64,000 nt of DNA. Source: Azolla caroliniana (Eukaryota > Plantae > Polypodiophyta). Numbering within the stretch: the first letter of the stretch is position 1; each line of letters opens with the position of its first letter. Location: assembly GCA_043228905.1 (NCBI GenBank), contig JBHGNT010000001.1:20212001-20276000 (forward strand). The letters run 5' to 3'. The notes under the pieces were generated by a model that saw nothing but the letters and a program-made list of their open reading frames with translations, did not search any database and was not told where the DNA came from. Below are positions 27,003 to 39,299 of the stretch, piece by piece. The position numbers and the translations under genes were made by a program.

Positions 27003-28145
27003 ATGATGACCTACGACCGTCTCACTCCTATCCCTCTCTATTTTGTCTACAGTCTATGCGTACACAACGCGAGGTATATTCCTCTGCTTTTGCTCGATTC
27101 CTTGGTTCAAGACCCCTGTGGTCCTACCCCACTTCTACACATCCGCACGTAATTACGCAACATCTTTGGTGAACCCGACGTGAAGAGGGGCGGCAAAGGA
27201 ATCCAAAGATGAGAGGAAGCGAACTCAATGAGGCAATGGCGGTGGTGGTAGACCGCCTGGTTAGCGCTCGCGAGGGCACGAGTGCGCTTGACAGTGAAGG
27301 AGCCAGTGGTGGCGTTGATTGACCATGGGTTGGAAATTAACCTAATGTCCATGAACTTCTACAAGAAGGGGAAATGGCCAATCAAAACCAAGCACGGGTG
27401 GAAGATACGCGCGGCTATGCGAGCCACGGAGGAGCTACATGAGGCTTGCCCGAATGTCCGAGTAACAGTCGATGACATCGAGATAGACAAGCACTTTTTC
27501 GTGCAAGTGACATCCGGTCATCCTCGGCGAACCATATATCACAACGGCGTGAATGGAAACCAAATTGTTGGACAATGGTTCGGCCTATGCGAGGGTGAAG
27601 AGTCAGGACGGTTGTCACTCTGTTCAGTTCTTGAAAGTACGACAGAACCATGAGCGTAATAGGGACACTCTCAGCAAAGACGTCCGAGAGGATTTTTAAA
27701 AAGGGCTATCAAGGCGTGGGGCCGTGATAGTCCGAACAAATGGAACAAACTCCATACTTGTACTATAGGTAGGAAATTTTGGTTCTTCGATAGCGGACAT
27801 TGTACCATAACCGGCATCAACGGCCGGAGAAGAAACATGCCGAAAGGAGCTTGAGAGCGAGCGGAGCTCTCAATATCGATGACGAGATTAGTGGCACCAT
27901 GGAGGCGGTCTCATTCGATGACACTCTTCGAGAAATCGTAAGGGTGGCCGAAGAAGGTGTAAGCGAAGATCGGGAAATTCCGGTCAATTCAGTAGAGATG
28001 TATGAAGTCATCGCAGACTTTGGGAAAATGGTTGGGTCAGATAGGACGGCCCTAGTCGATACCAAATACAAGACTATGGACCAAAAGGTGAGACTAGTCG
28101 TGGCTCCCTTACCGGAGGACAACTGGGAGCGGATGAAGGGGGTCG

Positions 28146-28770
28146 CGTCAGGATATTTTGGCATCTATCTGGTAGCCAACTCAGTGGTTTGTTGCGGATG
28201 GGAGATTGTAGTGGCACGAGGGCTATTCCGAATCGAGCGACCGAGTTGGCTACCACTGAGATGCTAAAATATGACGAGTAAGAAGTAGAATACTAGAAGC
28301 AAAACTCTCAAACCCTAAAATCCTAAGTCCTCTAGTATGTTGAGGAGAAAAGAAGAAGCTCTCAAACCCTAACCCTAGAAGAAGAAGAGAAGATGAAACC
28401 CTAGTGGTACACGCCTAGAAGACAAAATGGGTGACCCCATAATAAGCCTTATTCCTCCCCTCTTATAGAGGACAGAGGCACCTATATTAACATTACATGC
28501 TTTTTTTTTATTTCCTTTGTCACAAGAAAGAAAGGGGAACAAAATACTCCTTGGTTTGCACCAAGAGAGACTTGAACTCTAAACCTCTCTATATATACTT
28601 ATTAGGCCTAACCATTGGGCTACTATAAGTTATCTATTATTATTATTTTTCATTTATACATAGCTTTATGAGATGTGTGTGGAACCTCGCTCTTTCTCAC
28701 ACTGAACACGCCACACCACGACATCCACCCCCACCAAACCGCACATCCTTCGGCATGTGCCAAAAAAAAA
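28146..28770 (-). mobile_element. 3' end (3' UTR motif plus LTR 28146-28722) of a Trp-family Gypsy in reverse orientation
   Basis: Minus strand GGCACATGCCGAAGGATGTGCGGTTTGGTGGGGGTGGA followed by TGTCGTG, as at 26437 and 34144. Confidence 0.75.
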
Positions 28771-28776
28771 GTGAAG

Positions 28777-30905
28777 TGGTGAACCCGACGTGAAGACGCG
28801 GTAGGAAGGATCAAGTGCTTGAAATAGAAGATTAGAAGATGGCTTCTTCGACAAACACCCAAGCTGACGAAGTGGTGAAGTTGGTGGCTATTGTCTAGCA
28901 AATGATGAGAGGCCGAGATAATGATTCAAGATTAGACAATGCCATCGACCGGACCATTGAGATAGCGGGCCAATTTGGAGGAAGAAATATTACGGATTTC
29001 CTCGTCATATACAAGATAGAGATGCAACAACGAGATGTCATCGAAGAGAAACAAATATCAAGCTTCAAGCGTGTCGTGGCAAATGGGTTAGAAGGCCGTA
29101 TGAAGGAAATTCAAGCCACCCAAACAACATGGTTGGGATTTGAAAGGGCACTTTTGGCTGAATATATGCTTGAAGACCCATCGAGGATGACGCGACACAC
29201 GTTGATGAGGTGGATCAAGAAGAAGGGGAAGAACATGAATGCATTGGGGTTGTACAATGAATTCGAGCAAATGTACAATCATCTCCCAAGCACCGACCAG
29301 ATGTTTCTCGAAGAAGATAAGGTTCTATACTTCTTAAAGGCAGTGGATGTGAACGATTGACGAGAACTAGTAAGTCTATTAGAGGATGAAACACAACCCA
29401 ATGGTCTCATAACATATTGGGTTGAGGTAAGAAGAGCATGTGACCGGCTTGACAAGCGTCATCGATGGCTAGATGATTCCGACATGGCGTGGTCGATAGT
29501 TCAAAGATGGAAGGCTCCAATAGCAACTGAGATGTCACAGCAAATTAAGCCGACCAAAAGAACAATTGAGGACAACGGCGTTAGGATGAAGATGGCTATG
29601 GATGACATGGCAAAGGAGGATGGTAAGTGTGTCGAGACCTCCTCCCCACTATTTCAAGAGACTTGGGCAATGGTGGACGGGAACATATCGGTCAGTGGAG
29701 GAAGGGCCATCACCGAAGAGACATAGCCAAACCAAATTAAGACCCAAGAGAAGGAAGGTGGCAGCGACGAAGCAAAGGTCAAAGCTGATGTGTATGATAA
29801 AGAGGCATGCGATCCATGAGTTTGAAGAGATGGCCACGAATAACAACTTAGAGATAGAGGTGGCTATGGACAAGACAATGAATGAGGACGACATTTGTGC
29901 TAAGACTTCCTCCTCACTATTTCAAGAGATTTGGGCAATGGTGGACGGGGACATATCGGTCGGTGGAGAAAGGGCCATCACCGAAGAGACATACCCAAAC
30001 CAAATTAAGACCCAAGAGAAGGAAGGTGGCGGCAAGGATGCAAAGGTCAAAGCTAATGCATATGAGGAAGAAGTCAAACAAAGCACAATGGTGGATGACG
30101 ATGACCAAAAGAATGAAGTGAATTCGAAGGGCATTCTTTGGTATTTGATCACAATATCCAACCCTCACATGAGAGGACACCGTTACAAAGATCATAAGAA
30201 AGCTTTCCAAGAATATCTTGCATGTGAAATTTGGTGCTAGAAAACAAAAATAGTGAGGGGAAAAAGGCAAGCAATCATAAACCTATAAATAAAAGCCTAT
30301 TCTAGTCAAGAAGGGGGGGAGGGAGAAGGAACGCGGAAGCTGTACTCAATTGGAAAGCGTAAGAAGAAGGATCAACAACATGAAGAGGCATCATCAACAA
30401 AGAAACTCCACCTCTCGTCCCCCATTCCTTTGTAAACAATCCTTCATATTCACATCCAACCCGTTGTAACATGATTCTTATATTATAAAAGAATCTATTA
30501 TTTTGCAATAAACTAATGTTTTGTTTCACCTATGTGTCTTATGTGTAAATCTTGCTTGTGTTATGCGTATGAGCCCTAATTCCTTCCAGTCCATAACCCC
30601 AACGGTTCCGCCTCACGATCCGCACATAGTGGTGGATTTTCCCTAACAATTGTAAAGAAAACAAAAACCCGTTTTGATTCATAATCGTTTTTTATTAATC
30701 ATGAAACTGATTCTATGTATAAAAAAAACCACAGAAGTCATGGTATTAAGCCTAACTATTGTTTAAACCCTATTTTATATCATAAATTATGTATATTTCC
30801 CCATTTCTTTGTCTTAATCTCCCACTTCCTCACTACTTTTGTCTCCCCGATCCAAGGCCCTGGCGCTCCCGTTCAAGCGACACACGCACGCGAAACTTGG
30901 TGACA
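28777..30905 (+). mobile_element. Trp-family Gypsy remnant: PBS, gag-like ORFs with a duplication of about 268 bp, partial LTR ending 30905
   Basis: PBS TGGTGAACCCGACGTGAA near 28777; FGGRNITDFL gag; TATAAAT near 30283; ends ...GGTGACA, after which the host RT resumes (TVPIKNNSLRFIQDL). Confidence 0.7.
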
Positions 30906-30950
30906 ACGGTACCAATTAAGAACAACTCATTGCGCTTCATTCAAGACTTG

Positions 30951-31495
30951 TGAAGAGAAAAGTGTGGAATATTGCTTGGCAACAACCGAGTCTTCAATCA
31001 CTTCAATGAGAATCAAACACAGAAATGGGCAATGAGGAGAGAACGCACGTACACACAAACAATAGAGGGTACACAGGATGTTTACGTGGAAAACCCAAAT
31101 ATGAAAAAACCACGGGAGCCCACAGACTCCGAGCTGTCACTATATGAGAGGGAATACAAAGTGGAGACACAGAGGCAACGACCTCGTGCTCGCGATCTTC
31201 GCCAGACGGCGGTCACAACAGAAAGTTCTCGTAACTACTCTCACGCTCTCTCTCTCTCTCTCAGTCTATACAACAGTTATACACATACAACAATACGACA
31301 ACACCACACGCACAGCTATCTCTAAAGTGATTTCCCTAAGTCATATTTATACTTATATGAACTTAGGGCTATTTACAAATGTAGCCTCAATAGGCTTACT
31401 CAAAACATATTTACAAATATGTCATCTCTTCCGGTTCTCACCGAGTCCTCTTCATTCATCACCGGATCCCATCTAGAGAGACCGATTTCCCAACA
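30951..31495 (-). repeat. Copia solo LTR inserted in the Gypsy RT
   Basis: TG...CA; TSD ACTTG; splits FIQDL|QPVNK. Confidence 0.95.
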
Positions 31496-34488
31496 ACTTG
31501 CAGCCAGTCAATAAAGTGGCCATTCACAATACAGGAGTCGGGTCGTCAATCGACGAATTCGCGGAGGCCTTTGCGGGAAGGTTCATATACTCGGTCGGAG
31601 ACCTGTACTCGGGGTACGACCAATTCCAACTAGCCGTCGAAAGCAGGGACATCACGATGATGCAAACTCCTCTTGGCCTAGTTCGGATGTGTACCCTACC
31701 TCAATGAGGGACCAATTCGGTGGCACGCATGGTGAATGTGATGAACAAAGTACTGAGGGACTGCATCCCGGACATCACCATGTCATTCCTGGACGACATT
31801 CCTATCAAAGGGTGTCGAGAGGACACAAAGGACAAGTCGATCGAAGCAAACGGATGCCAAAGGTTTGTTGTGAACCACATCTCCGACTATGAGAAGATAC
31901 TACAGAGGCTTCAGGGCGTTCGGCTTACCTTCTCCATGGGGAAGTCGGCTTTCAAGCTACCAAAAATCTTAGTGGTCGACCAGTTGTGCGGGCCATATGG
32001 CCGAAAACTATCCTCAACGAAGGTAGACGTCATCTCGGCCATGAAAGAAGAGTGTGGATCTATCACGGAGGTCCGGTGGTTCATGGGAGCATGCGCCTTC
32101 TACAATATCTGAATTCCGCACTATGCGCATATTGCCAAGCTGCTCTACGGCTTGCTAAAGAAAGGCAAGAAGTACGAATGAGGCGAAGAACACACGGAGG
32201 CGGTCCAGAGACTAAAGAAAGGCAAGAAGTACGAATGTTGGCGGCTGCACCGACTCTACGATAAGCCGTATACTAACCGGACACTCCGGTTTACATCACA
32301 GTGGACACCCGCCTGACCGGAATCGGATGGGTGGTAAATTAGGAAGATGAGAGTGGCGCGCGTTTTCCCATCTGGTTCCGCACCAAGGTGTTGAGAGAGC
32401 AGCAACGAGGATACGCCCAAGTCAAGCACGAACTATGGGGTATCGTTTGGGCGGTTAAAGACGACACAGACTAGTTAATCAGGACATAAGTGATTATAAA
32501 GACGGACTTCCTACCAATTCTCGGTATGGTTTCCGGATGCGTAACTCTGGATCTAGCGATGCTTAGATGGATTGCGTACATCAAGTCCCTGAACACGGAA
32601 ATACAGCATATTTCCGGAAAGGACAACGCCATGGCCAACATGCTTTCAAGAGCGACGTTCGAGAATGAGGACGACATGGTGTTGGGAAACGAAGAAGTCA
32701 ACGCGAACTTCTTCAAATCGGCCCGGATAAAGGTAAGCAGGTGAAGCAATCCCCCCCTGAACGAGTTCTATGAGAACAACTACAACAGGGAGTGGCTTCT
32801 AATCGGAAGATTCTTAAGCACGATGACAACGGACACGTCATGGACAAGGGAGGAAGCGAGTCGACTCTGGAAGAAGGCGTACAAATTCTTCCTATGAAGC
32901 TGTAAAATCTGGCGACATCCAAAGAAGCGGAACAATGCGCCACTACGGGTAGTGATGCAAACTGAAGACCAAACAATGTTGACGAAGGAGTTCCACGAGA
33001 GCCCTTGGTCTAGACATCAAGGTACATGGGACACATTCGAGAAGCTAAAGGAGAAGTACTGGTGGCCGGGAATTTACAAGGACGTGCACCACTTCCTGTC
33101 GACGTGCGAATGCTGCCAAATGCACTCGGTGGTTGAACACTGTGACAAGTTGCACCCGACCAACCCGTCAACCATACACTTCAAGTGGATGGTCGACTTG
33201 GTGATGATGCCGATGGGAGTAGGGCAAATGTGGTACCTGGTGCTAGCAAGGGAAAATCTGACGAGCCAGGTGGAAGGCCAGACATTGACAAACAAGACCA
33301 CCGTGGTCGTATGCAAGTTTGTAATTGAAGATGTCATCTGCCACTATGGGTGAGTGGGAAAGATTGTGCATGGGAGAGCTAGATGCAGAGGAGGCCGAGA
33401 AGCTATTTGACCGGCTAGGGGTCAAACTGTCCCTCACAACGGCAAACAACCCGGAGGCAAACGGGAAGGTTGGGCGTGGTCACAGGCCAATTGTAAAGGA
33501 CATAGTATGCACATGTGAAGGGCGAGTCGGCAATTGGCCAAGGCTCCTACCTTATGCGTTGTGGGCGGACCGAACTACGCATAGTTTGGTGACCGGATAT
33601 ATGCCTGTGGAGCTCATGTTCGGGTAGAAACCCATTATGACGGTGGAGCGAACAATTACTTCCTAGATGGCAGTCGACTGGGCCGACGAAATGAGTCGGG
33701 AGGAGTTGCTAGCAGCTTGCATCAAACAACTTGAGTGGAGGCCAGGAGACGTGGATCAGGCGACGGCAAGAACGAAACAAGCACGAAGCAGGAACAAAGC
33801 CCAGTTCCACAAGACGCACGGACTCCGACCGAGGAAGATCGAGGAAGGCGACTGGGTGCTAGTCTATGATAGCAGTCTCAACAACCAGCACCGGTCCATG
33901 CGCAAGTTCGCAAAGCGGTGGTTCTAGCCATACGTAGTGACCAATGCAAACGACAACGCGACATACCACCTCGCGGAGCGACAAGACCCGAATAGCCACA
34001 CCGGTAGCAGGGAAGTGGATAAAGGCCTTCAAAAAATGGCACAAAGCAGAACTGGATCCGGTGGTGGGGACCGAAGGCAATGTCTAGGACGAGGAGGACG
34101 AGTAAAGGTTGGCCCAGAAATCCTCCACTGAACTCACTACCTTGCACATACCGGAGGATTTGCGGTTTGGTGGAGGTGGATGTCGTGAAGATTTCAGGCC
34201 AGAAAGGGAAACATAGCCAAATGTGTGTGAACGTGGGTGTGCACAAGTGCACCCCCTTTTGTACTAGCATATGTAAATGCTAAGTAACGATAGGATTTTG
34301 GTGATTACTAGGAAGTTAGGCTTTAATAGGTGCTTTAATGTCATGCAGCTGGAGGAGAATAATGGGGGGGGCAAAATAACGAAAGGTCATTAGACCTGAT
34401 GTAATAGTCATCCCTTACGCTATAAAAGGGGCGGCCCTGGATTGTATCCAGGTTTTAGGAGGAGAAAACGCTATTGATCTAAGTATTG

Positions 34489-34535
<47 letters not shown>

Positions 34536-34789
34536 GTGATTACGATCGACGAACGAACTTCGGAAGGTGCATCCTCTGCTCGTGTGCTCCTGACGAGAGG
34601 ATCATCAATCTGCGTGCATCTACTGTGGAGCTCAAAGCTCTGTTCCCGGCTCAGACCGATTGTACTCCCTGTGCATCACGTGCACATTCTAACTAATACC
34701 ATTAATCTATTTTGTTGTTTGGTGTTGCAATTTCTTCATATCGCCCTGTAACGGTGACCTACAACCGTCTCCTTCTTGTCCCTCTCTAT

Positions 34790-36868
34790 TGTTGGTACTA
34801 TGGCCCGAAGGGCCACCGAGAGAGAGAGTGCTAGAAGAAGCCCACCGATTCAGAAAAATCTGGATTCCACAAGGATGGTCGAGGAAGCTAGCAAAGCTCG
34901 CATTGCGTTGAGGAATCGGAAAAATCTGGTTCTAGAAATGGAACAGACCCAGCCTTTGTGATGAAACACATGGCTAACTTGATGAAGATGACCACTTCCG
35001 ATTCGAAGGAAGTGTGGTATGTTGACTCCGGAGTGTCGAACCATATGACGAGCAACGAAGAGTGGTTCTCATTCTTGGAAAAACCAGAGCAACCAAGAGT
35101 TGTCGAAACGGGAGTCGTCACTCCTCATACCATCGAGCACATCTGATGAGGTCCCTCTTAGCAATGTCGGGCAGAAGGGAAAGTTGATGAACGTCCTGCA
35201 TGTCCCGATAATCACAAAGAATCTTGTGTCAGTCGGACAGATTGTCGACCAAAGGATGCAGGTCCGGTTCACACATCTCGGGTGTTCCATCGAAGAAGAG
35301 GGCTGGATCATTGTGCAAGGGCGCAGAGACGGGAGGATCTTTATCCTCAAGACAAATGATGTTGGCACTGCTATTTTTGCAAGAGGTCCAAAGGTCGAGT
35401 TGGACATCGACCTGTAGCTTCCAGGCTACCGAAGTTCAGTCGCCGGAAAGGCCAAATCTATGAAGCAACATAGGCGTCCGTTTCCCAATGAGAAGAATCG
35501 GAGCCGGAATCGGCTTGATCTCATCCATTCAGATGTGTGGGGACCGGCACAAAACATGAGCATTGGTGGGAGTCGGTATTTCGTCTCCTTCATCGACGAT
35601 TTCACCCGGCACACTTGGATCTATCTAATCGAGACGAAACACAAAGTCTTCTCATGTTTCTAGGATTTAAAGAACCTTGTCGAACATGAGACCAGACAAA
35701 AGATTAAATGTCTGAGATCAGATGGCGGAAAAGAGTACTTTTCCAGCTAGTTCACTAATTATCTGCAAACGAAGGGAATCCAACGTGAATTCTCTTGCAA
35801 ATCCACGCCAGAGAAGAATGGCATGGCCGAGCATCGGAACAGGACGCTGGTGGAAGCAGAAAGGGCGATGCTTGAGCAAAAAAGCATGCCCATGTTTTAT
35901 TGGACCGAAGCAATTCGAACAGCTATCTACATACAAAATCAGAGATTTTTCTGAGGGACAAAGGTGTTGTCGCACGAATTGTATATTGAGCGGAAGCCAA
36001 ATTTGGCTCACCTTTGGGTGTTCGGTAGAATTTTATATGTGCATGTACCGAAACAAAAATGGAGGAAGTTAGATGCGAAAGCTGAAAAGTGCATTCTCGT
36101 TGGCTACTCGGATGAACAGAAGGGTTATAAGTGTTATAACCCTCGATAAAAAGTGGTCTGAGTCAGCTGAAATGTCATTTTTGATGAGTCGGCATCTTGG
36201 TACTTCTCTCCACCCGAGGCCGAGGCCGATTGTTGCTGATGATCTGGTGGAATCTGGAACAGAGAGAAGCATCGCAGAATTAGAACAGTTGGATAGTCCG
36301 ACTTCTCTCCAGATGAGTGGACCGAATCTGGATTGGTTGAGCTGGAATGGTAAACTGGATGACGAGCCAACAAGTAGTGGATGACTTGGTCATGCTCTCC
36401 CCACTCAAGGAACCGAAGAGACGGTTCACGCAAAAAGAAAAGGGGAAGAAGAAGATGACGGAATACGACACCGGTAGAGACAAGTCAGATCTGAGCAAAT
36501 CTCACTCTAGAAAGAAGAAGATGGACCTTGAGTGACGAAGTCTGACCCGGCGAAGAGGGCCTTAAAATCAGCTAACGAGAAGTTACGCCGATCGACCCAT
36601 CAGAAGAACCCCGTAAAAAGGTACGGATATAATGAGTACATGGTGCATCACTATGCGTACATCACGAAAGTGGCGGAGGTGCGTGAATCAGAGAGCTACG
36701 CGAAAGCAGCAAAGGCTTGCAAATTGGCGTGCCGTTATGGAGGAAGAGATGCACACACTCATGGAAAATGAGACGTGGGATTTAGTGGATGTACTGAAAG
36801 GAGTGAAGCTGATTGGTTACCGCGGAGTATACAAGGTTAAATACAACACCGACGGCTCCGTCAATAGG
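34790..36868 (+). mobile_element. Fragment of a second Ty1/Copia family (protease, integrase, start of RT)
   Basis: WYVDSGVSNHMT, LIHSDVWGP, KCILVGYS..KGYKCY, W..VMEEEM..L.ENETWDLV. Confidence 0.88.
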
Positions 36869-36979
36869 TGTCAGGGACAGTACTAGAGGCAAGGAGAATT
36901 AGTACTAAAGATAGAGAACAAGTTCAATGAGGATTAGTAATAAGAAGGGAAAGGGTGTGTGAGATTCACAAGCGGGGAA

Positions 36980-37014
<35 letters not shown>

Positions 37015-39053
37015 ATGACAACAAGAAGTATAAAATATTATATGAAGAAAGATATAAGAACAACTAGGAGGCTTAAGACTGGTGTTGAACCAAATTGGTT
37101 CTGAATAATGCCATGTGCCTCTATTTATAGTACTCTCAGGAGTACTCCTAAAGTTTCTAGAATGTTCGAGCGTAATCTGGAATATACATGAATTTCCTAT
37201 GGTGAAATAATAAATGAAAATAATAGTTTTCGTATTACAATGCATGGTTTAATGGTAAGGGTTGAACCCATGTCACACAAGGTCATGGGTTTGAATGCTT
37301 TTGCATGACACTATCCCCTTTTTTAAATGACGAGTGTTACGAGTCGTCTTTGATTGAGGACCTGGTTTGTCAGGATATTGACGATGGAAGTCTTCAAGAA
37401 GAGCTTGATCATTTGCCATATTCGTCACAAGGTCATGGGTTCGAATGCTTTTGCATGACACTATCCCCTTTTTTAAACAACGAGTGTTACAAGTCGTCTT
37501 TGATTGAGGACCTGGTTTGTCAGGATATCGACGATGGAAGTCTTCAAGAAGAGCTCGAGCATTTGCCATATTTGTCACTGGTTCCCAAGTACGTTCGCTT
37601 GGATTATATCCTAGCCAATCGACCAAATAATAGAGCTTGTTGAGAACAATCTTGGAGTCGAGGATGACAACAACCGTGTACTCAATTCCATCTTCAAGTT
37701 CGATCGGGGGTGGAGGTGGTGTAATACGATCTAGAATAGTGTTCTCCTCATAGGGTTCTAGAAGAGAACTATGAAATACCTGATGTATCTGTAGATGTTG
37801 AGGTAGATCAAGATGAAAAGTAACATCATTAATTTTTCTATTAATACGGAAAGGGCCTAACCATCGATAATCCAGTTTGTCACACAATCGAGTAGTCTTG
37901 ATGTGCCTCGTAATAGCCATACTCGATCTCCAATATTAAAAGAGGATGGAAGCCGATGATGATCCACATAGTCCTTCTGTGTTTATTCGGCGTGATGTAG
38001 GTGGGTAGATATTCCTGCCTGAATTTGTCGTAACCACTCCAAATGATCTTCTACACTAGCATTTGTAGGTAACTCATGAGTTTTTATCACACACTAGCGA
38101 GGATGATAGCCAATATAAGCGTAGAATGGTGTAACCCTAGTAAAGGAGTGGATGGAATTATTATAAGAAAATTCAGCAAAGTGTAGAATATCTGCCCAAT
38201 CATCTTGTTGATAGCTTAGGAAACACCGAAGATACTGTTCCAACTTTTGATTGGTACATTCAGCTTTTCCATCTGTTTAGGGATGATAGCCGGAGGAGAG
38301 ATTGCATGTGACCTTGAGCATGTTAAAGAGATGCTTTCAAATTGTAGAGACGAATTGCGGTCCACGATCACTGATGATACTGTCGGGAAGACCATGATGC
38401 CGAAATATTTCGTGCATCACAATTCCAACAGTTTCTTCACTAATGATTTCTTTAGTATAGGGCACAAAATATGTCATCTTAGTATATCGATCTACCACTT
38501 TTAAGATTGCATTTAAGCCCCTCGAGTCCGGAAGATCTGTGATAAAATCGAGAGAAATAGATCGCCATGGTTTGCTTGGGATCGGTAATGGCTCCAACAA
38601 ACCATCTGGATGATGTCGCGGCATCTTCGCTCTACAACATGTATCATATGTCCGAACAAATCTTCTCATATGAGGCCACCAAAATGATCGTTGTACTAAA
38701 TCCAACGTTTTAGTACTTCCAAAATGTTCGGTTGTGCTAATAATCTATAACTGGGTGTTGTGATCATGAACAACATGCCCGAGAAGGATCGATTTGATCT
38801 AGAATAGCTTGAGCGAAAACATCTGTCTTCAAATCTTCATGTATGGTATCGATAATGTGGGGATACAATGGAGAGCCAAAGACCCACGTTTCTTGAAATC
38901 GTGTCGGACCCAGGATTACTTTCTTTTGATTGTCGAAGGTCGGATCACTAGGACGAGGAGCTAGATACGAGCGTCGTGATAATGCATCCGCCTTCTCTTG
39001 TTGCTTTCCCAGACGATATGTAATCTTGAAGTCAAAACGAGTGACGAATTGGG
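36869..39053 (-). mobile_element. 3' part of a second Tcn1-type chromovirus (end of RNase H, integrase, chromodomain, 3' LTR 36869-37310)
   Basis: SISLDFITDLP, IISDRGPQF, GPF, chromodomain ILDSKIVLNKLYYLVDWLGY...TWEP; PPT AAAAAAGGGGATAG before TGTCATG. Confidence 0.9.
37276..37578 (-). repeat. 150-bp tandem duplication spanning chromodomain end, PPT and LTR start
   Basis: GGTCATGGGT at 37281 and 37431; repeated peptide VTNMAN..ALLEDFHR.YPDKPGPQSK. Confidence 0.93.
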
Positions 39054-39299
39054 TCACATGTGACTTAAAATATCATCATGTCATAAAATTGAAAATTCAC
39101 AAAATTAGGCAAATGGAAGAATTTTACACCATGTTTTTTATCGTAAAAATAACAACTCGTGTTTTTTATAACAAACAATATTCACAATGAGCAATTGATT
39201 TTAAAACAATTAAGCTTTACATGATTTGGGTTCTTACAAGCTTATATTGTTGACCGTTCATGCCAAAAAATACAATCAAGAGTTATTCCTCCCATAAGA

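Larger units (their letters stand above)
3717..34775 (+). mobile_element. Outer tRNA-Trp-primed Ty3/Gypsy element hosting most nested insertions
   Basis: 5' LTR split into 3717-3816, 9376-9479, 21851-22129 and 27007-27162, colinear with the 3' LTR starting 34181 (TGTCGTGAAGATTTCAGGCC; truncated near 34775); PBS 27167-27184; protease (LIDHGLEINLM), RT (FLDDIPIKG), RNase H and integrase fragments at 27282-28145 and 30906-34100. Confidence 0.85.

Noticed and set aside
34490-34533. (CT)n microsatellites as independent features
   Set aside because: Ordinary components of the LTRs
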